DNA of 59,997 nt, the filler included, from Asterionella formosa (Eukaryota), in assembly GCA_002256025.1 (NCBI GenBank). It is 5 parts of 5 records of this genome, joined end to end, with 100 filler letters (N's around TTAATTAATTAA, not from the genome) between each part and the next. Parts side by side here need not be neighbours in the genome. Positions count along the whole stretch, not along the records: positions 12,034 to 23,965 come from NKIB01008044.1; positions 24,066 to 35,996 come from NKIB01008045.1; 3 more parts are not named here. One strand, given 5' to 3'. The notes beneath the pieces are model-generated. The model ran no database searches and was not told where the DNA came from. It was given only the letters and a program-made list of their open reading frames with translations. This document shows, piece by piece, positions 12,316-24,400 of this stretch (positions are counted from its first letter, which is position 1; each line of letters opens with the position of its first letter). Both the position numbers and the translations under genes were made by a program.

Positions 12316-12735
12316 AATAGTCAAGGCTAATTGGACCCAAATGGTCAGTACTCATCATCATTAATACATAGTCATTGCTCTCCAGGCTGACAGTTTCAAT
12401 ACTCATTGGGCTCACAGATGGCTCTGAATCTCGCTTGTCCTCTGAAATATCCTTTGTCATGCTGCTGTTTAAGAAAAGAGTAGTTGTGAGAACCATTGTT
12501 GCATATTAGGGATGGCCAATTCTGGTTTTGTTTCTACTTACGTTTTCTTTCCTGCCATAGCAATGGTCTTGTCGATTTCGTTGTGTTCGTACTTGTTCTT
12601 TGGAATTCTTTTACGTCCAAACTCAATTGTTTTCGTTCTTGATGATTCGACCTCAACGGCGAGAATGAAACCCACCAGAAACAACAACCGTACTCGTGTG
12701 TAGCAATATTGACTCATTGAGGATGAGATCTTCAT
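12034..12735 (-). CDS. Secreted SMSIDYLG-repeat protein, paralog A (3' end lost at contig edge)
   Basis: Exon 1 12735-12542 (signal peptide RLLFLVGFILAVEVES, then EFGRKRI), phase-2 GT-AG intron 12541-12465, exon 2 running into at least 11 SMSIDYLG repeats before the linker. Confidence 0.75.
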
Positions 12736-14172
12736 GATACTGTTTTAGATACAAAGAAAAATAGGATTTTGTGAGTGTATTATTGTTGATTAATAAACTC
12801 ACTTTGGTTTTGATTCTATTTTATTTATTTTATAAATCGTGAGCATTCATCACCTCGTTTTTGGTTCCACGATATGTTACGTTTGATTTCATTATGAAAA
12901 ATTATTGATGGATGATATTATGCAGGATACTGCTTCGTGAAGAATACCATACTGAAAGTAAAAATATAAAAAACGTCTTGCACCCACGTTTTGGATATAA
13001 GCAATCAATCTGTCATTTCCCCCTCCACGGATTCATTCTTGTTTTGGGGAAAGGCACATTCATCTCATTTCGTCATTTTCTTTATCTGTTCTCCGAGTAC
13101 CGGTTCCTGGGACCAGGTAGTTTATTATTACTACAGGTATATCGGAACCTTTTGCTTGGGAATAAATTCTCCATCATCAAGCCCAGCATGTATTGTCATT
13201 ATTACCATCAATAGTGTTATTATAGCTGATAGCCTACTAGTAGTACCCGGCAGTTCTCTGAAATTTTGATTCCAAAATGAAACAAGGCGACCTCATTCAA
13301 TGTAGACAAGTCTTCCTCTCATTCCAATACCTCGCCTTCGCGCGCAATTACAACACAGCTTTTGATGCTGTATACAATGGCAATGGAGAAGAAAGTTAAA
13401 ATTTGGGTTCCACTTTTTATTGATAGAATCATCACTGCCGCGGTGTTAGGTTTGTCGAGCATTACCAATAATTTTATTTCTACCGTACTTTAGCTAATTA
13501 ATCCGATACTAAAATATAATATAGGATGATACTGGTAGTAAGTACCGGTACCAGTTTACGGTCGTATTCCATTAGTACCTGGTACGTATCTACCAGAAGG
13601 GGGAGGTCAATTCCAATTTCAATAATGCCATCAAAAAATTTCAAAAATTTTTGTCGATACCATCATGATGGAACCAGGGTGGGTTGTGTACATTCCTTCC
13701 ATCAATTGTTCTAAACTACTACATATTGAAATTATCTTGATGGTTAGATGCGTCCAGTTCGTCTCTCCAGAATCAAAATAACAAAGCGTGAAGAAAGTGG
13801 AGTGCTGCGAGGAGCTTAAATGATTCAGAAAAACAAAACGATCAGTATGGCCCACACCGACACTTTCGTTATTTACTGCAATCATTGTTATTATTTTATA
13901 CTTTCAACTAAAAATGAGGATTGGATCGAGTTGAGTCCATTATTCCCAAAAAGCCGAAAATAAGCCAGTTTTTTTGTATGACTGATATTATGTGTCAATT
14001 GTCGTCGTGACCGTGGAGGAGCGAAACAACGAATACGAATGGTACTGTGCCCACCACACCTCTTGGAGACGCCGTGTAATGACACGATGAACATGAGCCT
14101 TGGTCACCCAGAAGCTATTCCATAAATATATACTCCCACAAATTTCGGATTCAACCATCCAACAAGTGAATC

Positions 14173-16286
14173 ATGCAATTCTCCTTTGGTAGCTCTATTA
14201 CTTGGCTTTCCATGACAATAATGATCCATGGAGGACATTCTATGATGGAATTTGGACGTCGTAGAATAACCAAAAAAAGGAATAAAAAGTAAGTTATCAA
14301 AATCATTGCATGCCAACTAACATTTTCCAATGTACTTCTGTCGCCTAACAACGGACCCGTGTAAATTTTGTGCTCCACAGCTTTATTACAAGAGATCATG
14401 AGATTGAATTTCAGCCTCCAGTTGATCTAAAAGTACAACATGTGCGCCCCATGAATATTGACCATTTGGATCCTACGAGCCTTGACAATTCTGGTTGCAT
14501 GAGTATTGATTTTTTGGGTTCCATGAGTATTGATTACTTGGGCTCAATGAGTATTGACTATTTGGGTTCAATGAGTATTGATTACTTGGGCTCGATGAGT
14601 ATTGACTATTTGGGCTCCATGAGTATTGATTACTTGGGCTCCATGAGTATTGACTATTTGGGTTCAATGAGTATTGATTACTTGGGATCGATGAGCATTG
14701 ACTATTTGGGCTCAATGAGTATTGACTATTTGGGTTCGATGAGCATTGACTATTTGGGCTCAATGAGTATCGACTATTTGGGCTCGATGAGTATCGATTA
14801 TTTGGGTTCGATGAGTATTGATTACTTGGGTTCGATGAGTATTGACTATTTGGGTTCGATGAGCATTGATTACTTGGGCTCAATGAGTATCGACTATTTG
14901 GGATCAATGAGCATTGATTACTTGGGCTCAATGAGTATCGACTATTTGGGATCAATGAGCATTGATTACTCGGATTCATATGGGGGCACATCATCGTTGA
15001 CTCCGTCGAGTGTTGTCACTTGGCGAGACGAAGTCATCATGTCGACACCTGCGGCCACGCCAAACAAAGAAAGTCCTACTTTCATTCCAGTTGATCCTTC
15101 ACCTGTTGTTCCTCCGACCGAAAAATCATCACTTTCTCCGTCGAGTGTTGTCACTTGGCGAGCCGAAGTCGTTGTGTCGACCCCTGCTGCCACGCCTAGC
15201 AAGGAAAGTCCTACTTCCATTCCAATTGATGCTTCACCTGTTGTATCTCCGACCCAAACACCATCACTGTCTCCATCTTTTGTTGTCGAGAGATCATCAG
15301 GATCGACTCCATTTGCGACCCCCAAAAAAACCATAGTTCCAGTTGCCATAGACTCACCGGTTGTAACAGCTTCTCCAACTGGTACACCATCTACTGTTAC
15401 TTCTCCTACGACCAAAGTTTCGGCTTCTGTTTCCCCTATGAGCAAGGTGACCAGCAGCCTCCCTACAACTCCACTTGACGCTTTACCCGTCTCATTGTCT
15501 CCTTCTCCGTCTCCTTCCACTGAACCGCACAATGATCCTGTTATTAGTGTGAGCGGCTGTATTTCAGAGGATGTCACCGGAAGCCCATTTACTGTTGTTT
15601 CCTTGTCGCTCGAGGTCGAAACAATTACCACTGGATCAACGCCCAACTTTATGGATGAACTAAACCAAGGTCTCCTTGTCGCGGCGGCAGATGCGTTCAA
15701 TTTCTGCCCTCCAATTTCTGGATCTACGACTCGACCGACAAATAGTGGTTTGACAGATACCCTGTATCCTCGAGGTTATGACAGTCAGGACAGCATTAGT
15801 GGCGTCAAAGTTACGGATGCCGTGATTTCTTCTGATGAAACATGCGTTGCTGAGATGTCTGGAGCTACTTGCCACGTTGTATATGTTACGTTCCAAGTTT
15901 ATAGTGACGTTTTGAGTAACAGTCAAGAAGGAAGCGTTGCGGTTTTGGACGTTTTGTTGTCTCACGTTGAAACTATGAATTTGATTCGCACTTATGAAGC
16001 CGACATTGTGGCCATTCGCGAGCATTTCCACGATGCCACTGTTACTGCTCAACAAAGTTTCAAATCCAAAACTTCGCCTGGACCAAGCAATGGTGCAGCC
16101 ATAACAGCGACGATTGTTATTGTCACAGTCCTTTTACTATCCTTGATTGTCAGTGCGGTTGTGTTGGTTCGACGAAGACATGGTGTCGTGGTGAATGACA
16201 CTAGTTCCTCAACTGCAGGTGACGCCAACGTTACGGCCACTACCACTGCCGCCTTGGTAGGTAGTGATGGGGGCGAAGCACTTTAG
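14173..16286 (+). CDS. Type-I membrane or cell-surface protein with 20 SMSIDYLG-type repeats, a Pro/Ser/Thr stalk, a Cys-containing domain and a C-terminal TM helix; paralog B (~673 aa)
   Basis: Exon 1 14173-14288 (MQFSFGSSITWLSMTIMIHG...EFGRRRITKK), phase-2 GT-AG intron 14289-14380, exon 2 14381-16286 in frame. TM segment ITATIVIVTVLLLSLIVSAVVLV followed by RRRH. Confidence 0.8.
14496..14975 (+). repeat. 20 x 24-bp coding tandem repeat (SMSIDYLG)
   Basis: ATG of the first unit at 14499 and of the last at 14955, an exact 24-bp period. Confidence 0.97.
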
Positions 16287-16838
16287 GGGCTGCTTCGCAA
16301 AATTGGGGAAATTTGAATGTTGAACTGAAGGTTACATGTATACCGGTAGATATAATAATAATCATAGTGTCGAATGTTTTTGAGAAACTGGGTTCTTTGT
16401 AGCTCATTTTAGTGTAACACAAAAGCATTCTACGTCGTGAGTTTTTATTGGGTTATCCTCAAATTCTAGTGCACAATTTGGCTGGTCATAATTGGTAGCC
16501 TTTTTCGTCTCACTACAACCTACGATATGTAGTCTAAAGTTTTAAGAAGTATATCATGGTAGCAACTGCCAATAGTTACACAGAATGGTACCATCACTAT
16601 TAAGCCGATTAGATTCGTATTGTTGATTGAAGCCATCCTTTTTTTTGTTTCGTTTCCTTTCTCAACGTTCATATATATAGTTCTTCCACGTGCCATGATA
16701 CAACAGCCCTGGAAAGATGATGGCTACAAGCTAGCCTGTATATTGTATAAGTGAGAAAGTTGGCCACAAGAATATGATTTGACACCACATGATAGCGTTA
16801 TATTTATCGTTTATCATGGAGCAATAATATTTACTTTA

Positions 16839-17604
16839 TTATTCATAAATCCAATTCTTGGAATGCGACTCCCACTCCAACACATCGGATTCTTCGAACC
16901 AAAGTCCAATTTCACGATTGGCATTCTCAACACTGTCACTTCCATGACAAATGTTTCGTCCAACTTCAATACAGTAGTCTCCACGAATGGTCCCTTGAGC
17001 CGATTCCAATGGATTCGTCGCACCCAACAATTGCCGTCCAGTCTTGACTGCATCTTTGCCCTCCCATACCATACTCACCACAGGTCCAGACAACATATAG
17101 GCTCTCAATCCAGGAAAGAATTTCTTTTCTACTAAATCACAATAATGTTCATTCAAGATTTCAGCAGTGGCCATGCGAACTTTGAGTGCCACCAATTTGT
17201 ATCCCTTGGTTTCAAAGCGTCCAATGATGGGGCCCACCAATCCACGTTGGACACCATCAGGTTTGATCTGTTGTAAAATTAAAATAGTTGTTAATAAGAA
17301 TAGTAGTTGTAGTAGTAGTAAGTTTGATGTTTCTTGTTCCTTTGAACCATGTATGCATGCTTACATACATCCAGTCAACAATAGCAATAGCAATACAAAA
17401 CGAACTACACACCAGTCCTTCTGGTACTACTATATTTGTGATAACACGTACCATAATGTAGGTTCGTTCCATTGCCATGCTCAATTTGGTCCTTGTGATT
17501 TTAGGACTGGTAAATGTGGGAGCAAAGGCATCAGTCAAAGTGGTGGAAGCAACGACGAATAAAAGAATGGAGAGGCTAATAGCAATCATCTTTGTTGTTG
17601 TCAT
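16839..17604 (-). CDS. NDK: Nucleoside diphosphate kinase, plastid-targeted (~193 aa)
   Basis: Exons 17604-17452 and 17267-16839 give [15 protein letters not shown]. Active-site [10 protein letters not shown]. Signal peptide plus TDA-FAP (ASAFAP-type) presequence. Confidence 0.93.
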
Positions 17605-18465
17605 GATGTGGTTAAAGCAACGACAATGGAAAATGTTTGCAGTATGATAGGAGTATCAGGAACCGGCAGTCGCTCGACTCTACGACCGATTGGTCAAAAT
17701 ATATATGTATGAGATGATTATGATGATATGAAAATGTGCAAGGAGGGCAGATGTGTTGTTGATGGATTGGATGGATTCATTGTTGATGTATCATGCTGGC
17801 GACTAGGAATTGTTTCCACCTCACATTTCGTTGTTACATTTTTTATTCATAAAATTTAAATCATTGGCATCACATGTGTTTTTCAATATGTACGAACACA
17901 TTCTATCTCTATTGTTTATAACTATTACCGGTTTGTCCAGACAACATTCAATCAATAACTATTATGTGTGGATATCCTCTATTACCTGGTAGTGAGTTGA
18001 CATATCACATACGCACGTGCGTCATGCATACTTCAGCGACGATTCTTGGGTTGTGATTTCTATTCTTTGTATGATTGGACTTGTTTGATTGGAACATAAC
18101 CCGATTTCCTGTCCTCTTATGGATGATTGGTTGATGGTGAAGCAAGCGTCGTTCCTTGATCCGCATCCATTGTTCCTATCCTAAACTACTGGTACCTGTA
18201 TGCTACTTATGCATAGGAAAAGTGTACTGGTATGTTTGTGCTAGTAACTAATACGGTAGATTAGCTACATGTACGCTGCTCCCAGACCAGCAATGGATAG
18301 AAAATCAGTTAATTTATATTAATATCAACACTTTGTATGATCAGCAGATCCTCATCATTGCCCTGCTACCGGTAGTAGGAACGGTAGTGATTCATTCTCT
18401 CTCTCTCTCCGTCTCTTCCCTTTTCTATTTATCACATTCTACAACTCAGCAAGTCGAGAATCATC

Positions 18466-19720
18466 ATGTCAGACGCTGCCGCTTTGTTCTTTGCCAAGAA
18501 GAATAAGAAGAAGAAGCAAAAAGGCTTTAATGCCAACAAAATTGATGTGACAACTGTTACTCCGACTGTTCATGTGTAAGTCAAAGAAAAGTTCTATATT
18601 TATATATAGAGAGAGAAATGGTTGTACCTTTCTAGTGTGTAACCACGTCTTTGACATTGTTTTCTCCCTCTACAACTTACTATGCACTCACTACTTACTA
18701 TTACTACTTACTTACTTGACTCACTCACTCACTCACTCACTCTTCCTATTTACTTTTTATTTTAGTGACGCCCCCGCCATGTCCAATGAATTGGAATTCA
18801 TATCATCATCATCATTAGACGAAACAGCAACAACAGCAACAGCAACAACAACAACAACAACACTTGTGGATAAGGAAGGATGGGATGATGAAGGATTTGG
18901 TGCAGCAAATAGGATGAAACCAAGAATCACGACTACATCTACTTCTACTACCAATCATCATCATCATCATCATCATACTGTGGAATTGTTAGATATGAAT
19001 ACATTGCAATTGAAACGTAGAGAAGAAGATGATATTGCAGAACGATTGCGTATTGAAGATACAAAGGCACAATTGGCTGCTGCCAAGGCAGGGATGGAAC
19101 GTGAAGCAGCTAGACTGCAAAATAGTACCGTTACTAGTAGTACAACTACTGCAACAACAGAACCAACAAATGCAACTGGTGTCAATAAATCTTGGGTACC
19201 ACCACACATGAGAACTACTAGTAGTAGTACTACTACTACTACCATGGCATCTAAAATGTCATTTAAAAAATTTGATACACAATCAGAAGAATTGTTTCCA
19301 GATTTGCAGACTGCCGATGCCATTTTGTTGGAAAAGCAACAACAACAACCAATGAAACCAACAATGAGTACTAATACTTCTGCAACTACGAAATTAGGGG
19401 GTGCCACATGGGGAGGAGCCACGTCTACAAGACCTACACTTAATTTGAAAAAAGTACCTAAAAAACCACCCATGGAATCAAAGCCAACAACAACAACGTC
19501 AACAACTGCAGTAGTCAAGGAGGACAATGATGTACCAAGTGTTGTTGTGGAAAAGGCACCAGAACAAGTTTTACCAATCAAAGAAAACGAAGCAAAGGAA
19601 CCCATCATCCAACATGACGAGGAATCATTGGTTTCACCAATGGCTGTTGTACCCAAAAAGAAACCACTTGTCAAGAAGAAGAAAAAGGACCTTTCTACTT
19701 TTAAACCATCGAGTTCCTAA
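18466..19720 (+). CDS. CDV3-like low-complexity protein (~354 aa)
   Basis: Exons 18466-18575 and 18766-19720 with a GT-AG intron that keeps frame. N-terminal FFAKKNKKKK, WVPPHMR and DTQSEELFPDL resemble CDV3-family motifs. Contains poly-Thr and poly-His tracts. Confidence 0.6.
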
Positions 19721-20016
19721 AGAAGGAGCAAAGTACACACACACACAAGTTCATGAAATATTACTTGTGCAGTAAACATTTATATCAACAATATATTTAT
19801 GGTTAGTTACCTTGTTGGGTGTGTAAGGTGTGTGTAGCAACAAATATACAAGCTATAACAGTATCAAACTAATAGCTAACGAGGGTAACAAATTGAGAAC
19901 AAGAACTATTGTATGTGATTCACCTTTCAAAGGAAGGAAATTAGGAGTAGTAATGTCTCTAATTACCTATACACACATATTGTGTTCTTGGTCATGTTTC
20001 TCTGTTACGTCATCCA

Positions 20017-21168
20017 TCACTCTTCAAGAGGAGGAGTAAAACATGGGAAATCAGTATATCCTATCTCACCATGAGGATACCACCAATGTTCATAGGCCGC
20101 TTCTGGTTCTACTGGCCAGTTATTAGCAAATCTCTCAGGCAAGTCGGGGTTGGACATGTACAGACGACCAAATGCTGCAAGATCAGCTGCACCAGAACGG
20201 ATCATTCCTTCCGCAATATCCTTGGTAAGACCAACATTTGCAATGATGGTTCCACTCCAAACCTTTCGAATGTCCGAGACAGTCACCATTTTGCAACATG
20301 AGTGGCCACCCCAGGAGCCAGTCCCGTCCATAACATGCACGTAGGCAAGACCGTACTTGCTCATTTCTTGACAAACAAAAGGAAACATGGTGTCGTTGTC
20401 AATGGATCCCATCCCTCCATAATTCCCATTTGGAGCGATACGAAAGCCAATGCGATTTGCAGGAAAGGCACCATCCTCAATAAGAGCCTCAACAGTTTCC
20501 TTGAGGAAACGGAGTCTGTTTTCCGGACTTTGACCATACTGGTCCTCACGTTTATTACTTGAACTCTGAAGGAACTGATCTAACAAGTACCCATTGGCGC
20601 TGTGGATCTCGATACCATCAAAGTTAGCTTCCTTGGCAAGACGAGCAGCTTTGACATAGTCTTTTATGGTTTCATGTATTTCTTTCACAGTCAAGGGACG
20701 GGGAACCTCATAGTCCACATACTCATTTGTAACGGCATGATGTGTTTGACCGGGAGCAGCAATGGCCGAAGCGGAAACAACGTCATTAGTCGAGGGGTGG
20801 TGGCTACTATGAGAAGCACGTCCCATGTGCCACAGTTGTAGGTACATGATGCCCCCCTTGTCATGAACAGCACTAGTAACCTTCTTCCAGCCCTGTACTT
20901 GAGCGTCCGTCCGAATGTGTGGAGCGTTGCGCCATCCTGCGCCTAACTCGGATATTGCAGTAGCTTCTGTAATCAAAAGTCCACCGGAGGCACGCTGGAC
21001 GTAGTACTCCAACATGAGATCATTTGGGATGGTGCAAATAGGATCAAAGGGACTTTCCGTCGGAGTGCAGCGACTTCTGGTGAGTGGAGCAAGCACGACT
21101 CTATTCTTGAGCACTTGTCCACCAACAACAAAGGGAGAGAGAAGTTGCATTTGAGAAGTTGTTGACAT
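20017..21168 (-). CDS. Old yellow enzyme family NADH:flavin oxidoreductase (12-oxophytodienoate reductase-like), 383 aa
   Basis: LKNRVVLAPLTRSR, YYVQRAS, QLWHMGR, FDGIEIHSANGYLLDQF, FGRLYMSNPDLPERF and GYTDFP. Confidence 0.93.
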   Translation of the reverse strand: MSTTSQMQLLSPFVVGGQVLKNRVVLAPLTRSRCTPTESPFDPICTIPNDLMLEYYVQRASGGLLITEATAISELGAGWRNAPHIRTDAQVQGWKKVTSAVHDKGGIMYLQLWHMGRASHSSHHPSTNDVVSASAIAAPGQTHHAVTNEYVDYEVPRPLTVKEIHETIKDYVKAARLAKEANFDGIEIHSANGYLLDQFLQSSSNKREDQYGQSPENRLRFLKETVEALIEDGAFPANRIGFRIAPNGNYGGMGSIDNDTMFPFVCQEMSKYGLAYVHVMDGTGSWGGHSCCKMVTVSDIRKVWSGTIIANVGLTKDIAEGMIRSGAADLAAFGRLYMSNPDLPERFANNWPVEPEAAYEHWWYPHGEIGYTDFPCFTPPLEE

Positions 21169-22194
21169 TTTGTGATTTTGGTTTTTGTTGTTGTTTATGA
21201 TTTTTAATTATGTGAGAGTGTAGAGAAAGTCGCTACGAGAGAAGCAAATGCTATTTTGTGAACACCGATCCCCCAGAGGAACATGAATGGTTGTGCTGGT
21301 GTGCTGGTGGTGTGCTGACGCTCCGAAGGCGCAAATAGATGGAGTCGATTCAGACTCTGGGTCAGAATGTCTCTGAACAAGCTTTGCTTTCACTCATCTG
21401 CTATGTAGCTATGTAGTCTACATCATTTGTACGCACAGCAGGACTTGATGTTCGAAATCATTCTTGGATTGTCCAAGAACAAGGGCAAAAGAACCCAATG
21501 ATCCTTCTACATATGAATCTCCAGTAACAGGGAACACACCTATGCATATACATTATTTATTTGCGTTATACGTATCATGTCTCACAACAATTGTGCATTT
21601 CGTCATTAGCTCACAACTTTCAGGTACGACCAGGGAGATTAAATTAAAAAGATAATTTTTCCTGATCGTACGAAACATTTTAATTTTGTGAAGCCATAAT
21701 AATTTTCCGGTCTCATAAATTATTTATGTATAATAACCACAGGTACCATGTGATGTATGTACTAGCGTTGTGTAGAAACGTAGATTATGGTATCTATTTA
21801 TTTAATCATGAGGAATACATAAGGTACGGGTACCAGGTACTCCCAATTTAGCGGAGCAGCAGGGAACCTGGTAGCTGATGGTATCTGGTATACCGTATAT
21901 AACTCTGCAAGTTGCGGTAATTTTGCTGAAACTAAAGATTTAGCTATCTTTATCCACAATTAAATGTTAGTCCAAGCAAAGAAAGATGCTGGTACCAGGT
22001 TGTCAAGATATAAAGAATTCACAACATGCAAACTGTACAAAAAACAGCAGCATGCATAATACACCAACGCCTCAATAGATCCTCATGAAAATGATGACAA
22101 GAATTTGCCGTGTACTTTATACCGGTATATACATGTAGCGGTAGGAGTGTAACATTTAACATATAACCATCACACACATACGTACCGGAAAATG

Positions 22195-22473
22195 CTGATG
22201 AGAAAGTCAATGTAGTACCATCGATTGCGAGACGACCAATTCGAACCAACTGTACTACAGGTGTACGAACATACTTCTGTAAGTCGACCGAATGTCCGGA
22301 GTCGTAATCGAGCATTGCTGGAGCAATAGCTCAGGTCGGCTTCTTAAGCCGAAGACGCCAGTCGAAATTATGCACATCCAGTGCCCACTTTCTTGTCATA
22401 CGCTCGCGAATTTATGGTTATCAGGTCGCAATGATCCCATTGCGGTCCTGACGAGAAAGTCAATGTAGTACCA
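22195..22473. repeat. Hairpin-rich unit bounded by 26-bp direct repeats (CTGAYGAGAAAGTCAATGTAGTACCA)
   Basis: Copies at 22195-22220 and 22448-22473 differ at one base; several stem-loops lie between them. Confidence 0.7.
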
Positions 22474-23632
22474 GGGTCCCGAGGTAACATGCTTCGAAGT
22501 AGAAAATAGACGAGTACGTATGCTTACATATCAAAAGGAGTTGAGTTGGATGATGAGGAATGCACACGAAAAAAACACATGCAACCTTAAACCATATGAT
22601 AGTCTAACATTTGTACTCTCATCGGGTTGTTTGCCAGTTTTTCCTATAGTTGATACCTCGTCTTTAAGTGTCACCGAATTTTTAGTGGAGCCCGCCAACA
22701 AATGCAAATAGTACCTCATGTTACTCCTTGCTTATTTTGGAAAAATCGGCTATTGAGATACCCCTCGAGCACAATATAGCATGACAAAACCACAAGCAAT
22801 GTTAAATCAATCAGCTGATTGACAATCATGGTGGTGCTTCTGGAAATGTTGGTGACCTAATGAACAGGTATAATGATAACAAACTAATAGAATTCATGAT
22901 TAGATACTTTAATATGTTTTGGGGCACTTCATCAATCAGATGGAGATGTAGACCATTTGCTAGTTAGTTTATTGATTGCTTGACAATCTATCCATGAATC
23001 GCATTCTTCCACTCCTCAATCGTTGCTAAATATGTCCATGGAACTGCCCATTTGACCTTCTCTTGCCACTTCTGATCTGTTGATTGTAGCATTGCTTAAA
23101 ACCTTCGCCAATTGGTTCTTTTTCTGGTTATCGATGTCCGCCTTGAAATATGTTTCTTGCTTTGACTTTCATTTTGCCAGTTCTATTGCAAATCAACCCA
23201 TTCCTGATATCATCGCTATCGCTGCTTTCGCAAGAAAGTGGAGGTACTATGAAAATGGACAGCTGAGTGAGATTCTGGTGGACAGAGATATGGTTATCAC
23301 TTACTGATAGGAGGAGGTGTCGATGTTTGTTTGCAACATGAGAGACTACAGCTACAATTCCCTCACCTCCAAGCGGCTGACTAAATGTTGTGAGACATCA
23401 ATCAAGACAAGCAAGATAGCAAGGGCGACAATGATGGCAACAACAACAATACAGATGATGTGTGCCAATCTCATATTTGTATTCAACTTTTGTTGTTTTC
23501 TATGCATATGCACTAGCTTTACCGTGTTGTTAGCTATGAGTGGGAGAACAAACTCTATGAAGGTTTCTACATAAGAATGTATTGTAATGAGTCTCTGACA
23601 TTATGAAATCGCCGTGATCTGCGATGTTCGAC

Positions 23633-23737
23633 TTCTTCATCTCTCAGCAAATATTGGCAGCATTCCAAATTTAAGCTTTCTCATATGAATAATACTTTAG
23701 TCTGAAATGCTGCCGAGATTTGCTGAGAGATGAAGAA
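23633..23737. repeat. 105-bp inverted repeat or hairpin (MITE-like)
   Basis: 43-bp arms starting TTCTTCATCTCTCAGCAAAT; first 20 bp perfect, 6 mismatches overall, loop about 19 nt. Confidence 0.85.
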
Positions 23738-23965
23738 TTGTTTGAAAATCGAAATAAAAGCAATCAACCTCTCATTTTGCAGTGCTCAATTGCCATCATG
23801 AAACAATAAAAATTTGCAATTAAAACTCAGGACTGAAGAGGATTCTGTTTGTAATGATTTTCATTTGCCCATTTTATCAACAGACGTTTGAAGCACAAAA
23901 GGTTTCATGTGAAAGTGAGCTCCTCATAGTAGTTGTAACTCACAGTTGAATGAGTCGACTTTTTG

Positions 23966-24065
23966 NNNNNNNNNNNNNNNNNNNNNNNNNNNNNNNNNNN
24001 NNNNNNNNNTTAATTAATTAANNNNNNNNNNNNNNNNNNNNNNNNNNNNNNNNNNNNNNNNNNNN
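23966..24065. other. Artificial contig linker
   Basis: 44 N + TTAATTAATTAA + 44 N. Confidence 0.99.
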
Positions 24066-24400
24066 TACATACTAGTAGTACTAGACTTAACTTCTAGTTT
24101 AGCACTTTGTTTTAGTTCATTCTTCACTTGGTTAACAGATATCCAAGGGAAAATGCATTGCTTAGCTGATACTGTCCTAGAAATAGCACCATGAGACATT
24201 TTTCCACCATTGTTAGCCTTCTTAGCTTCTAGCTCCCTAATCACATTGTTAAGACAAAACTGAACACTGACCAACTCTTCAGGAGACAATTTCTTTCGAG
24301 GCAAGGCTTTGCATTGTCGAGGCGCTTTCGAGATCATGATGTTGGTATTGTGATGGGTGATGGGTGATTGTTTGTGTTTGCATTTAATTTTTGTACTCAT
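24066..24400 (-). CDS. N-terminus of an unknown basic protein, possibly a DNA-transposon protein; truncated at the contig edge
   Basis: Open frame into the linker. KKANNGGKMSHGAISRTV...FPWISVNQVKN recalls N-termini of diatom transposase-like ORFs, from memory and not verified. Confidence 0.3.

Noticed and set aside
14473..14994. Antisense ORF with PSNQYS/PNSQYS repeats
   Set aside because: It is the shadow of the SMSIDYLG array; variation is synonymous only in the plus frame.
22500..23600. Short ORFs in the distal part of contig 2
   Set aside because: No recognisable motifs or consistent splice pattern; probably decayed repeat DNA.
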